The notes beneath the pieces are model-generated. The model was not told the origin of the DNA. It did no database searches and saw only the letters and a program-made list of their open reading frames with translations. Shown piece by piece: positions 7,729-18,323 of a stretch of DNA of 64,000 bases. This DNA comes from a virus (lineage: Duplodnaviria > Caudoviricetes). Made by a program: the position numbers and the translations under genes. The stretch spans positions 32,001 to 96,000 of the IMG/VR virus record IMGVR_UViG_3300021255_000062. One strand, written 5' to 3'. Positions within the stretch are counted from its first letter, which is position 1, and each line of letters starts with the position of its first letter.

Positions 7729-9577
7729 ATATGGAGCAGAAAGTGTTCAACAATTAAACTTCGTCGAAGCTTGTCGAAAACGTATCGGTATTTATCTTGG
7801 CTCCGCAGACCATACTGGAGTAATTGCGGGGCTTTTAGAGTTAGTAAATAATGCTACCGATGAGGCGTTGGTTTGTCCCACTGCAACAAAAATAGAAATA
7901 GAAATTGGTCCGGATTGGGCAAGTTGTCGTGATTATGGTCGTGGTATGCCGCATGGTCCAAATGATTTCTCCAATGAGGTAATGATAAATCTTCTAACTG
8001 AAAACCATTCTGGTGCAAAATTCGATGACAACGCATATGGTGGCAAGTCGCGTGGACTCAATGGAACCGGCAGCGCCGCAACATGCTGTTCGTCTGATTG
8101 GTTTAAAATATCAAGTTACCGTGATGGCGCCGAGTGGTATATGGAGTTTGAAAAAGGAATTCCTAAGTGGAATAGATGTCAGAAGAAACCTTTGAACGGC
8201 CGCGCGCAAGGTACGTATATCGTATACAAACCAAGTCAGGATGTTTTTAATGCTGAATCGATACATTTTGATTTTAATGAAATTTGTAGTATAATAGAAG
8301 AATATTCATATTTTAATAAAGGTGTTGAATTTATTGTTACTAATGCAGAAACTAAGGAGAAGAAGTCTTATATTAGTAATAATGGTCTTATGGATTTTGC
8401 CGACACGAAAGTGCCAAAACGAATTCATAAACACCCAATCCATATTCAAACTACCGAAGATGATATTGATATAGAAATTATACTCAATTGGACCACTGGC
8501 AGAGAAAAGTTTTATTTATTCTCTAATGGTGGCGAAAATGAAAATGGCGGCACTCCAATAACAGGTATTAAAACCGCATTAACCAACTTCTTTAAAAAGA
8601 AAGTTAAAAATTTGGGTTCTGGTGATGTAGTACGTGCAGGCCTGGTCTATATATGTTCGGTCAACCTTAAGAACCCAATATACGATGGCCAAACCAAAAA
8701 CAAAATTACAAATCCAGAACTTAGGGGTCTAGCGCAAAGATGTACAACTCAAATGCTTGAGGATTTTAATCGACGCTTTCCAAATGAGTTTGATCAAATA
8801 GTTGAATTGCTTACTAAAGAACTTAAAGCTGAGCGTGCCGCAGAACGAGCACGTAAACAAGTTCTTGAAGCATCAAAAGAAATTGAAAAAAATCAAAAGA
8901 AAAAAGTTTTTGCTTCTGACAAACTTAAAGATGCGGAATTTCTCGGACAAAATTCAACGCTTTTATTAGTTGAGGGTCTATCCGCCGCTTCTTCAATTGC
9001 TATGGCGCGAGACGAAAAGAAGTACGGTATTCTTGCACTTAGGGGAAAAATGATAAATTGTTTCTCTAATCCTGAAGAAAAAATTTATCAGAATGAAGAG
9101 GTCAAACTCTTTCTTAGTGCCATGAATATTGTGCCTGGCAAATACGATGCTAAAAAACTTCGCTATGGACGCGTGGGTATATGTACTGACGCCGATGCCG
9201 ATGGCTACTCGATAGGTTTACTTATAATGTGTGCTATTTATACCTTTGCACCACAATTCATCGAAGAAGGTCGCTTATATTGGCTGCGTTCACCACTATA
9301 CGTAGTCAAAAATAAAAAAAGTGAGTCCTACTACTTTACCGATGAAGAATTTAATAAGGCTAAGCCCAAGGGTGAAATCAACCGTGCCAAAGGATTAGGA
9401 GCTTTATCTGCAGACCAAGCGCGCCGCTCCATGTTTACAGAAGAGTTTCAGAGAATGGATCAGCTTCTTCCAGATGAAGACTCTTTGTATCTACTTTCAC
9501 AATTAATGGGAAAAGATAGTGAACCCAAAAGAAACTTTGTTTTTGAAAATGTGGATTTTTCGGAGATAAGAGAATAA
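7721..9577 (+). CDS. gyrB: type IIA topoisomerase B subunit (GyrB-like)
   Basis: GHKL motifs ELVNNATDE, DYGRGMP, HSGAKF; TOPRIM motifs LVEGLSA, ALRGK, DADADG, KGLG. Confidence 0.93.
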   Translation: MTKYGAESVQQLNFVEACRKRIGIYLGSADHTGVIAGLLELVNNATDEALVCPTATKIEIEIGPDWASCRDYGRGMPHGPNDFSNEVMINLLTENHSGAKFDDNAYGGKSRGLNGTGSAATCCSSDWFKISSYRDGAEWYMEFEKGIPKWNRCQKKPLNGRAQGTYIVYKPSQDVFNAESIHFDFNEICSIIEEYSYFNKGVEFIVTNAETKEKKSYISNNGLMDFADTKVPKRIHKHPIHIQTTEDDIDIEIILNWTTGREKFYLFSNGGENENGGTPITGIKTALTNFFKKKVKNLGSGDVVRAGLVYICSVNLKNPIYDGQTKNKITNPELRGLAQRCTTQMLEDFNRRFPNEFDQIVELLTKELKAERAAERARKQVLEASKEIEKNQKKKVFASDKLKDAEFLGQNSTLLLVEGLSAASSIAMARDEKKYGILALRGKMINCFSNPEEKIYQNEEVKLFLSAMNIVPGKYDAKKLRYGRVGICTDADADGYSIGLLIMCAIYTFAPQFIEEGRLYWLRSPLYVVKNKKSESYYFTDEEFNKAKPKGEINRAKGLGALSADQARRSMFTEEFQRMDQLLPDEDSLYLLSQLMGKDSEPKRNFVFENVDFSEIRE

Positions 9578-9579
9578 CA

Positions 9580-9849
9580 ATGAAAATTAAAAAAGATTGT
9601 AATAATTGTAAGTATTATTCAAAGTTAGGTAGATGCTTACATTCTGAAATATGTAGGCTTAAAACCCTTGAATACTGGGAACCGAAAGAACCATTTGATA
9701 GATATGATATTACTGGCATGATCATAGACCCATGCCCTTTAAAATCTTGGTGTCCAAACAAAACAGCTCCTTGCAGTATAATGCCACCTGACGAAGGGTG
9801 CTATTGGTATAGATATTTTAAAAATTTAATAGAGAATAAAGATTCTTAA
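9580..9849 (+). CDS. Cys-rich hypothetical protein
   Basis: eight Cys, including CxxC. Confidence 0.6.
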   Translation: MKIKKDCNNCKYYSKLGRCLHSEICRLKTLEYWEPKEPFDRYDITGMIIDPCPLKSWCPNKTAPCSIMPPDEGCYWYRYFKNLIENKDS

Positions 9850-9911
9850 AATTTTACTTTTCTTCAAAATTTTATTATAATATAAATATAAAACGAAAGG
9901 AGAAAACTGAT

Positions 9912-10334
9912 ATGAATATTGTACAAGTAAAATTCGAAGGAACTCCGCATAAAACCTATGCCTTTAATACTGATCTTTATCTAATGAAAGATGGTATTTA
10001 TGAAATTATTGCAGATAATCGAACAAACTATGATAATAAGATTAAAGTAACAGGAATTTATCCAAATCAAAAGGATAATAGACTTAGAACTATTACTTCT
10101 GCAAAGCTTATTCAGGCACCCAAAAAACCTGAAAAGCTCTATAAAAAAATTATCGCCAACATTGATAAAGAAACAATTTGTGTTCTTTGGAGAGATGGAA
10201 CTAAGACGGTAATGAGACCCCAACCGGAAGATACCTTTGATTTAGAAAAAGGAGTTGCCATGTGTTTTATGAAGAGGTGGTATGATAATCGAGGATGTTT
10301 TAACGATGTCTTCAAAGATGTTGAGGTGGTATAA
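9912..10334 (+). CDS. conserved phage hypothetical protein
   Basis: TICVLWRDGTKTV...DTFDLEKGVAMC motif; own promoter-like sequence at about 9853-9881. Confidence 0.7.
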   Translation: MNIVQVKFEGTPHKTYAFNTDLYLMKDGIYEIIADNRTNYDNKIKVTGIYPNQKDNRLRTITSAKLIQAPKKPEKLYKKIIANIDKETICVLWRDGTKTVMRPQPEDTFDLEKGVAMCFMKRWYDNRGCFNDVFKDVEVV

Positions 10335-12682
10335 TGTCCAATTTAACAGAAGTAATTAACGACAGTTTCATACAATTTAGTGGCGCGGTTCTTCAGAGTC
10401 GCGCCCTAGTAGACGTTAGAGACTGTATTAAGCCCTCCACACGTCAAGTATTATATTGTATGTATACTGATAAATTTATACATTCAAAACCTTTTCAAAA
10501 AACACTTAAAGCAATTGGTAGTGCTTTTCGCATCTATATTCATGGTGATTCTTCAGTAGAAGGAATTATAATGCGCGCGGGCCAACCTTTTGCTTATCGT
10601 TATCCATTAGTAGAAGTGGAGGGTTCATATGGAACACTTATTGAATCGGGAAGCTGGTCTGCCCCTCGATACACTGCAGCAAGACTTAGCCCACTCGCAG
10701 AGTATCTCTTCAAAGACCTTGCAAAAGATACTATTAACGAGTGGCGACTTAATTATGATGATACCGAAAAATATCCAGCAGTCCTTCCATCAAAAGGATT
10801 CTACAATCTCGTCAATGGGACTTTCGGACTCGGAGTGGGTGCAGCGAGTTCAATCCCACAGTACAATCTCAGAGAACTTAATAGAGCGTTACAACGATTA
10901 TTACTTAATCCCGATGCAGGGTTTGATGAAATATATTGTCCACCAGATTTTGCTACCGGAGGAATATTATTAAATGCTGACGAGGTAAAAGAGAGTCATA
11001 AAAAAGGAACTGGATTCGCTTGCAAGTTGCGCGCGGTTGTAGAATACGATAAAAAAGAGAAAGTTTTCACCGTTACGCAACTTCCTTTCATGCTGTATAC
11101 AAATACTATTTGTAAAGAATTGGAAGAAATTATCAATAGTGAGGAAAATCCAGGTGTTGAACGTTTTAATGACTTAACAGGAGAAAATGTAAATTTAAAA
11201 ATTTATCTATCTAAAAAAGCAAATCCTGATAAAGTGTTAAAGTATCTTTATAAGAATACCTCACTTCAAACTCATTATGGTATTAATTTTACTATATTAG
11301 AAGATGGACGTTTTCCCAAAGTATACGGATGGAGAGAGCTTCTTCAAGCCCATATCAACCACGAAAAAGAAATATATAGACGAGGATATGAGTTTGATCT
11401 TCGAAAAATTGAAAATCGTCTTCACATAATAGAAGGTCTTCTTAAGGTAATTGAAAATATTGATGAAGTAGTTCATTTAATTAAAACGTCTGAGTCGCCA
11501 GCTGTAGCAAAAAAACGATTAGCAGAAAAATATGAATTGGATGATGAGCAGACTAAAGCTATTCTTGATATGAAACTGTCAAGACTTGCTCACCTAGAGG
11601 TTGAAAAATTAATCACAGAGCAAGAAAAGTTGCATACTCAAAAAGCAATTATAGTTTCAATCTTATCAACTCCAGAATTATTCAATGAAGAATTAGTCAA
11701 GGGGTGGCAAGAAGTTGCCGACAAATTTGGGGACAATCGTAGAACTCAAATCCTCAATATTTTAAAAGATGAAGAAGAACCTACTGAAGAACAGGAGCTT
11801 CTTGTAAATTTATCTAATCAAAATAATATTTATGTTACAACAACTTCTACCTTATATACTCAGCGCCGAGGTGGTGTTGGTAATAAGTTTAAGATGAGTA
11901 AAGGTGAATATGTAATAGCTACTGCATCGGGAACTAATTTAGACACAATATTATTATTTTCTAATAATGGAAATTGCTTTCATCTTAAAGCTTCTGAGCT
12001 ACCCTTTGAAGAAGTAATTCCAATTGAAAGTCTAGTAGAAATTGGAGCAAATGAGTCTATTAAGCAACTTGTTTTCCTTAATAAAAAGAAACAAAAAGAA
12101 CATATCGTTTTCTTTACTAAAAATGGTATATTAAAGAAAAGTAAACTCTCCGACTACAATATTAAACGTAGAGGTGGAGTAAAAGCCTTAAATTTAGATA
12201 GTGATGACGAAATAATTTCAATTCTTTTTATGGATGAAGAACAAGTAGGTATGATGACTGCGCGCGGTCAGTTCGTAGTCTGTGAAACTAAAGACATACG
12301 TGCAATAGGACGTGTAGCTAGGGGAGTTAAAGGAATTACTTTAAATAAAGGCGACGAATTAGTAGCTGCTAAAGCGATTCCTCCTTCTACGAAAGAATAT
12401 CTTAGTGTAAGCGAAAAAGGATATATTAAGAGAACATCTGCCAAAGAATTTACTATTACGGGTAGAGGAACAAAAGGCGGAAAAATTCATGCTCTCAAAG
12501 ATGCTGATGATAAATTAATAAATTTTGTTCCTTTGACAAATGAAAGAGAAGTTATAGTTGTGTCTTCTCACTCTCAAATTAAGATTAACTTAAACGAAAT
12601 TAACCTTTTATCTAAAGGGGCGCAAGGTACAAAATCAATGAAACTTCAAAATTCCAAAATTATTGGTTTATTAGCATTTTAG
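10334..12682 (+). CDS. gyrA: type IIA topoisomerase A subunit (GyrA-like)
   Basis: HGDSS, catalytic APRYT, C-terminal beta-pinwheel repeats and GyrA-box QRRGGVG. Confidence 0.93.
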   Translation: MSNLTEVINDSFIQFSGAVLQSRALVDVRDCIKPSTRQVLYCMYTDKFIHSKPFQKTLKAIGSAFRIYIHGDSSVEGIIMRAGQPFAYRYPLVEVEGSYGTLIESGSWSAPRYTAARLSPLAEYLFKDLAKDTINEWRLNYDDTEKYPAVLPSKGFYNLVNGTFGLGVGAASSIPQYNLRELNRALQRLLLNPDAGFDEIYCPPDFATGGILLNADEVKESHKKGTGFACKLRAVVEYDKKEKVFTVTQLPFMLYTNTICKELEEIINSEENPGVERFNDLTGENVNLKIYLSKKANPDKVLKYLYKNTSLQTHYGINFTILEDGRFPKVYGWRELLQAHINHEKEIYRRGYEFDLRKIENRLHIIEGLLKVIENIDEVVHLIKTSESPAVAKKRLAEKYELDDEQTKAILDMKLSRLAHLEVEKLITEQEKLHTQKAIIVSILSTPELFNEELVKGWQEVADKFGDNRRTQILNILKDEEEPTEEQELLVNLSNQNNIYVTTTSTLYTQRRGGVGNKFKMSKGEYVIATASGTNLDTILLFSNNGNCFHLKASELPFEEVIPIESLVEIGANESIKQLVFLNKKKQKEHIVFFTKNGILKKSKLSDYNIKRRGGVKALNLDSDDEIISILFMDEEQVGMMTARGQFVVCETKDIRAIGRVARGVKGITLNKGDELVAAKAIPPSTKEYLSVSEKGYIKRTSAKEFTITGRGTKGGKIHALKDADDKLINFVPLTNEREVIVVSSHSQIKINLNEINLLSKGAQGTKSMKLQNSKIIGLLAF

Positions 12683-12695
12683 AGCAAGTGAAAAT

Positions 12696-12724
12696 TTGAA
12701 AATGTTTTCAAAATATAGTATAAT
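12696..12724 (+). promoter_or_regulatory. sigmaA-type promoter
   Basis: TTGAAA-N17-TATAAT. Confidence 0.7.
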
Positions 12725-12802
12725 AATTATAGAAAGTTAAGGAAAGGCTTTCTAAGTATACAATATAACATCAATAAATTTAAAAAAAAGGAGAAAAGAA
12801 TT

Positions 12803-13048
12803 ATGAAACTTACAGAAAAATCAAATGAAGTATTCGAGTATGTGAAAGCAAATGGTGGCAAGGTATCTATCCCGGAGTTAGCTCAGGCGCTTGATAGAAC
12901 AGAGAGATCTGTAGGCGCAAATGTTACAGATTTAACGAAGAAGGGACTGGCAGAGAGAGAAAAGGTAGAAGTTGAGGGTGAAGATAAGCCCATTACTTAT
13001 GTAGTTCTGACAGATGAAGGTCATAACTTTGTTCCGACAGAGGAGTAA
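12803..13048 (+). CDS. winged-helix DNA-binding protein
   Basis: SIPELAQALDRTERSVGANVTDLTKKGL...YVVLTDEG. Confidence 0.75.
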   Translation: MKLTEKSNEVFEYVKANGGKVSIPELAQALDRTERSVGANVTDLTKKGLAEREKVEVEGEDKPITYVVLTDEGHNFVPTEE

Positions 13049-13151
13049 GTAAACAAAAATAGAAGGTGGAGGAAAATATTATAACCTCCTCCTTCATTGT
13101 TTAGTTTAAATGAACATAGGATATAAAACAAACAAACAAAAGGGGAAAAAT

Positions 13152-14069
13152 ATGTTAAGACAAGCAGAAAACAAGGTTAAAATTGAAGGAACTTTAGCAG
13201 AAATTGATATTAGACCAGGTTCATTTAATAAGAACGGACAGATGATGGAATCTATTGGTGGTTCCATTATTGTAAAAGTGGTTCAGAAAATTAGTGGAGT
13301 AGAAAAAGAATTATCTATTCCTGTTCATATGTTTGCCTCTAAACTTACAAATAGAGGAACACCAAATCCAGCATATGAATCTATTAAAAAAATTGCAGAT
13401 GAATATGTAAGTATTGCAGCTTCTGAGAATGGAGAAGAAGGAGCAGATAGAATTCGTATTACAAGCGGTAACGTAAGAATGAATGAGTATTACAGTCAGG
13501 ATGGAAGATTAATTTCTTTTCCGAGGATTAATGCATCATTTGTTACTCGAATTAACAAGGCTGACTGTAAACCAGAAGCAACCTATACAGCAGAGTTTGT
13601 AGTAGCAAACAAAAGCGAAGAAGTCGATAGAAACGACGAGCCGACAGGAAGGTATAGAATTGATGCTATTCTTCCGCAGTATGGCGGTAGAGTAGATGTA
13701 ATTCCTATGTACGCTCAGAGCGCGGGTGTCATTGATGCAATTTCTACATATTGGAATATTGGTGATACTGTAAAAGCTAATGGTAGGCTTGATTTTTCTG
13801 CGACAACAGAAACAACTATTGAAGAAGTTGATTTTGGAGAACCGATTGAAAGAACTAGGACTATCAATAGGAGCGATTTAATTATTACTGGTGGTTCTCA
13901 GGAGCCGCTTGAAGGAGATTTTGCTTTTGATAGTGGTGAAATTCAGTCTGCATTAGCAGATAGAAAAAATAGACTTGAAGCCCAGAAGGATAGAGATATG
14001 TCAAAGGCTGCTTCTCGAAAAGCTCCCGCAAAAAACGTTAGTAATGGTTTTGCAGATTTAGGGTTTTAA
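13152..14069 (+). CDS. single-stranded DNA-binding protein (two OB folds)
   Basis: NKVKIEGTL start, acidic/aromatic ADLGF tail, adjacent to the Sak4-like gene. Confidence 0.65.
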   Translation: MLRQAENKVKIEGTLAEIDIRPGSFNKNGQMMESIGGSIIVKVVQKISGVEKELSIPVHMFASKLTNRGTPNPAYESIKKIADEYVSIAASENGEEGADRIRITSGNVRMNEYYSQDGRLISFPRINASFVTRINKADCKPEATYTAEFVVANKSEEVDRNDEPTGRYRIDAILPQYGGRVDVIPMYAQSAGVIDAISTYWNIGDTVKANGRLDFSATTETTIEEVDFGEPIERTRTINRSDLIITGGSQEPLEGDFAFDSGEIQSALADRKNRLEAQKDRDMSKAASRKAPAKNVSNGFADLGF

Positions 14070-14085
14070 ACAAGGAGAATAACTT

Positions 14086-15060
14086 ATGGCTGGAATTGAT
14101 ATTCTTAATTTAGAGCCATCAGTTATTTCAAGAGATTTGCGTGGGAAGTTTGTTTGCCTTTATAGTTTACCTAAGGTAGGCAAGACTTCCCTTGCTTGCC
14201 AATTTCCTAAAAATTTACTTTTGGGATTTGAGCACGGTTGGAACGCAATCTCTGGAGCTATGGCTATTGACATAAAAAAATGGGCAGATTTTCGATTGGT
14301 TCTTCGACAGCTTGAAAAACCAGAAGCACAAGCAAAATATAATACGATTACCATTGATACTGTTGGAATTGCATGGGATTTGTGTGAACAATATATTTGC
14401 GCACAACACGCGGTCCAGTCCATTTCAGATATTCCTTGGGGTGGAGGATATGCAGCAGCAAAACGAGAATTTGAATCTTGTTTAAGAAAAATTACTCAGT
14501 TAGGTTATGGACTTGTTATCATCGCTCATGTAGAAAAAAGAATTGAAAAAAGGGCTGATGATTCAGAAGTAGAGATCCTCGGTCCCGCCATTCCAAAAAG
14601 AGCTTATGATATTGTAAATCAATTAGTGGATATTATAGGATATATTGATATTACATGGGATGAAGATGGTAATGCTGAACGTTGGCTTTATACAAGAAAA
14701 ACTCCTACAGTTATGGCGGGCAGTCGATTTAAATATCTTGCACCAAAGATTAAATTTGGTTATCAAGAATTAGTAGATGCTATTATAAAAGCTATTGAAA
14801 AAAGTGAACAAATAGATGGTGCTACGGTTGTAGATAAACAAGAGGTCGAAGTAGAAGAAGAACTTAATTTTGATGCTATCAGAGATGAAGCTTCTAAATT
14901 ATGGGCAAAACTTGTTAATGCTGATACGTCAAATGCAGAACGTATTCTGAAAAAAGTTGAAATGATTTTTGGTAGAAAAATTAAATTATCTGAAATTACT
15001 GAAGATCAAAAAGATTTATTTAATCTTGTTCTTCTTGAAATGAAAGATATGGCTCAATAA
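14086..15060 (+). CDS. AAA_24 / Sak4-like ATPase (recombinase)
   Basis: PKVGKT, ITIDT, VIIAH and DIIGY motifs. Confidence 0.8.
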   Translation: MAGIDILNLEPSVISRDLRGKFVCLYSLPKVGKTSLACQFPKNLLLGFEHGWNAISGAMAIDIKKWADFRLVLRQLEKPEAQAKYNTITIDTVGIAWDLCEQYICAQHAVQSISDIPWGGGYAAAKREFESCLRKITQLGYGLVIIAHVEKRIEKRADDSEVEILGPAIPKRAYDIVNQLVDIIGYIDITWDEDGNAERWLYTRKTPTVMAGSRFKYLAPKIKFGYQELVDAIIKAIEKSEQIDGATVVDKQEVEVEEELNFDAIRDEASKLWAKLVNADTSNAERILKKVEMIFGRKIKLSEITEDQKDLFNLVLLEMKDMAQ

Positions 15061-15070
15061 AAATAAGGTA

Positions 15071-15103
15071 AAAAGGAGTAGGCAGGATCTGTCTACTCTT
15101 TTT
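15071..15103 (+). terminator. intrinsic terminator
   Basis: GAGTAGGCAG-loop-CTGTCTACTC followed by a T-run. Confidence 0.7.
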
Positions 15104-15107
15104 AAAT

Positions 15108-15136
15108 TTGACTTTTTCTTATAATTATGATATAAT
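15108..15136 (+). promoter_or_regulatory. sigmaA-type promoter
   Basis: TTGACT-N17-TATAAT with extended TG. Confidence 0.8.
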
Positions 15137-15165
15137 ATAATAAATAGGAAAGAAAGGAGTTTAAT

Positions 15166-15687
15166 ATGGCTAAATGTAGATTATGTGAAGCTATTATTGA
15201 TAAAGAAAAAGACGATTGGGTTATGCCAAGTAAAAATTATTATTATCATAGACAATGCTATAATAATTGGAAAAAAGCCCAACCAAAAAATGATGAAGGT
15301 TATATTGATTTAATTTATGACTTTATTGCAAGAGATTTGAAGGCATCTTATGATTGGCACATTTGTGAAGCCCAAAGAAAAAAATTTATAAAAGAAAATA
15401 AAATGACCAATAAGGGTATTTTATTTGCGTTGAAATATTTTTATGAAATTAAACATGGCAATTGGGAAAAGGGACATGGCGGAATTGGTATCGTTCCTTT
15501 TATATATAGTGATTCTTGTGCTTATTGGGCGGCAAGAGAAAGACAATCTGCTGGGACAATTGCAGTAATTGAGCGTCAAATGCGCGAAGCCGCAAATAGA
15601 AAAACGATTTCGATAAAAAAGAAAGAAACAAAATCAAAATATGAGATTGATTTTAGTGTGTTGGATGATTTGGAGGATGAAGAGTGA
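15166..15687 (+). CDS. Zn-finger protein preceding the helicase (possible loader/initiator)
   Basis: CxxC...HxxC; position in operon. Confidence 0.55.
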   Translation: MAKCRLCEAIIDKEKDDWVMPSKNYYYHRQCYNNWKKAQPKNDEGYIDLIYDFIARDLKASYDWHICEAQRKKFIKENKMTNKGILFALKYFYEIKHGNWEKGHGGIGIVPFIYSDSCAYWAARERQSAGTIAVIERQMREAANRKTISIKKKETKSKYEIDFSVLDDLEDEE

Positions 15688-18323
15688 TAGATAAACGAGA
15701 TACTCAACAAATACTCGGCTGTCTAATGAAGAAACCGCAGTTATTAAGTGAGATTGATAAATATTCATTTATCTTAACTGATTTTCCTACCAGGTTTGAA
15801 CGGTCGATATTTATGGCAATAAATGGGCTGTATAGGAATGGAGCCACGAAAATACAGCCTATTGATATAGAAAATTTTATAGAACCAGACCAAGTATCAG
15901 CGAAATTATTTAAAGATAAAAATGGAATTGAATATCTACAGGATATAATAGAATTATCAGAAATTGATAATTTTGACTTCTATTATAACAGATTTAAAAT
16001 GTTTAACCTGTTGAAAGATTTAAAAAAACAGGGATTTGATACAACTGAGTTTTATTGTGAGGATTTAACAAACCCAAAAGCTGAAGAAATTAATCAGGCT
16101 TTTAATATGTTAAGTCCGAAGATAATAACTGATGCGGTTAGAAAAAAATTATTAGGTGTTGAAGCAAAATATGAAACAACTGATGAGATAGAAATTGAAG
16201 AAGCCGCAAAAGGAATGAAAAAGCTAATCAATGAACTTGGCGCGGCATATGAAATTGGTATGCCAATACAAGGTGAAATTTTTAATCAAGTTATTGATGG
16301 AGCAAAGAAAGGGACTCTGACAATTAGGTCTGCCGCATCTGGGGTAGGAAAGGCATTACCAAATAGTACAATTATACCTACGCCAAGCGGAAAAAGAAAA
16401 GTTTCCGATATAAAAGTTGGAGATTATCTTTTTGATGCTTTTGGAAAACCGACCAGAGTATTAGGAGTATATCCGCAGGGTCGAAAGGAAGTTTTATATA
16501 TTCGTTTTAAAGACGGACGAGTGGCTAGATGTTGTGAAGATCATCTTTGGAGCTATTGTACTAGAGGGCAAAAAGAATATAGTAAAAAAGAACGCAAATT
16601 CTATACAAAAACATTAAAGGAAATTAGACAATTATCACTTCAAGATTCGCGTGGTGCTTATAATATTTTAGTACCAATGAATTATGCAGTTGAATATGAA
16701 GAACAGTATTATTATATTCCACCATATATAATGGGATTAGCTCTTGGTGATGGAAGTTTTAGACAAAATGAATCTAATAAAGCTTTTCAATTCTCAAGTG
16801 AAGATGAATTTTTACCAAATTATATTGGTTTTCATATGAATTGGGAAGTAAAGAAAAATAAAGCTAATTTTGGATGGTATTTTAGTTTTAATGAAAAAAC
16901 ACCACATAAAAATGTTTGGGTTCAAGATTTTCTAAAACAATATCCGAAACTGTTAAACACTAAATCTGAGACAAAGTTTATTCCGGAAGAATATTTATAT
17001 GGAAGTGTAGAGCAGCGTTTTGATTTACTAAGTGGTTTATTAGACACTGATGGCAGTGTAGATTCAAAGGGTCGAATTAGTTATTATACAATTAGTCCTT
17101 TCTTGCGCGATAATGTAGTAGAATTATGTCATAGTTTAGGTTTTAAAACAACTGTTTTAGTTGACAGCCATAAAGATACAAATATCGGATTTGTTATTCG
17201 AATAACAGGTAGACCAGAGGATAAGATAAAATTATTTAAATTACCTCGTAAAAAAGAAATAATTCAAACGTGGTACAATAACAATACAAGAAAAGAATCT
17301 AACGAATTTAATCCAATAATTGAAATCGGTAGCTGTGGTTATACAGAAGAAATGACTTGCTTTATGGTTGATAATAAAGAACATCTTTTCTTAACTGAAG
17401 ATTATATTGTAACTCACAATACGAGGAACGCAGTAGCCGATGCTTGTTATTTAGCTTATCCAATTAGATATAATAGCACAACTTGCGAATGGGAACAGGT
17501 TGGAAACTGCGAAAGAGTTTTATTCATTGTGACAGAGCAAAGATTTAAAGAAGTCAGAACTATGATTTTAGCTTATTTAACAGATATAAATGCAACAAGA
17601 TTTAAATACGCAGATTTTTCTGACAGAGAACGCGCGGTTATAACACAAGCGATTGCATTGATGGAGAAGTATAATAATTTAATTCTTGTAAAAATGCCTA
17701 ATCCGACAATTGAGTCGGTTAAAGCGATTGTGAGAGAAAATTGTATTGTATATGATATAGGTTATGTTTTTTACGATTATATATTTATTGGACCGTCATT
17801 GTTAAGCGAATTTAAAGGTTTTGCTTTAAGAAATGATGAGGTGCTGCTGATGTTTGCAACAGCGCTGAAAGATTTAGCAGTTGAATTGAACGTAGCAATG
17901 TTTACGTCAACCCAGCTTAATGCAAAAGGTGATGATAATAAAGACATAAGAAATGAAGGTTCATTAGCGGGCGGCCGCAGTACGATTAATAAGGCTGATA
18001 ATGGCGCAATTATGGCAAGACCAACAAAAGAAGAGTTAGAAGTTCTTGCACCGCTATATGAAAATCACCCAGAGAATAAACCGAATTTGGTTACTGATAT
18101 TTTTAAGGTTAGAAGTGGCGAATGGACTCAAGTAAGAATTTGGTCTGATATGAATTTGGGAACCTTAAAGAAAAGAGATTTATTTATAACGGATTCGCGG
18201 ATGGACCCAGTTGAAGATTTCTATACAAGAACTGATTATAATATTAAAAGTTGGGAAGATTCGGAAGATGAATATTTAAAGATAATAGTAGAAAGGTTAA
18301 ATAATGGTGAGATAATTGATTGA
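15684..18323 (+). CDS. dnaB: DnaB-like replicative helicase containing an intein
   Basis: Walker A ASGVGK|T split by the intein; FYDYI, STQLN and KVRSG motifs. Confidence 0.88.
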   Translation: MIDKRDTQQILGCLMKKPQLLSEIDKYSFILTDFPTRFERSIFMAINGLYRNGATKIQPIDIENFIEPDQVSAKLFKDKNGIEYLQDIIELSEIDNFDFYYNRFKMFNLLKDLKKQGFDTTEFYCEDLTNPKAEEINQAFNMLSPKIITDAVRKKLLGVEAKYETTDEIEIEEAAKGMKKLINELGAAYEIGMPIQGEIFNQVIDGAKKGTLTIRSAASGVGKALPNSTIIPTPSGKRKVSDIKVGDYLFDAFGKPTRVLGVYPQGRKEVLYIRFKDGRVARCCEDHLWSYCTRGQKEYSKKERKFYTKTLKEIRQLSLQDSRGAYNILVPMNYAVEYEEQYYYIPPYIMGLALGDGSFRQNESNKAFQFSSEDEFLPNYIGFHMNWEVKKNKANFGWYFSFNEKTPHKNVWVQDFLKQYPKLLNTKSETKFIPEEYLYGSVEQRFDLLSGLLDTDGSVDSKGRISYYTISPFLRDNVVELCHSLGFKTTVLVDSHKDTNIGFVIRITGRPEDKIKLFKLPRKKEIIQTWYNNNTRKESNEFNPIIEIGSCGYTEEMTCFMVDNKEHLFLTEDYIVTHNTRNAVADACYLAYPIRYNSTTCEWEQVGNCERVLFIVTEQRFKEVRTMILAYLTDINATRFKYADFSDRERAVITQAIALMEKYNNLILVKMPNPTIESVKAIVRENCIVYDIGYVFYDYIFIGPSLLSEFKGFALRNDEVLLMFATALKDLAVELNVAMFTSTQLNAKGDDNKDIRNEGSLAGGRSTINKADNGAIMARPTKEELEVLAPLYENHPENKPNLVTDIFKVRSGEWTQVRIWSDMNLGTLKKRDLFITDSRMDPVEDFYTRTDYNIKSWEDSEDEYLKIIVERLNNGEIID
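16353..17420 (+). mobile_element. class-3 (Ala1, W-C-T) intein with LAGLIDADG homing endonuclease, 356 aa
   Basis: starts ALPNST; block B DHLW; block F MTCFMV; block G IVTHN|T; EN blocks GLALGDG and GLLDTDG. Confidence 0.88.
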
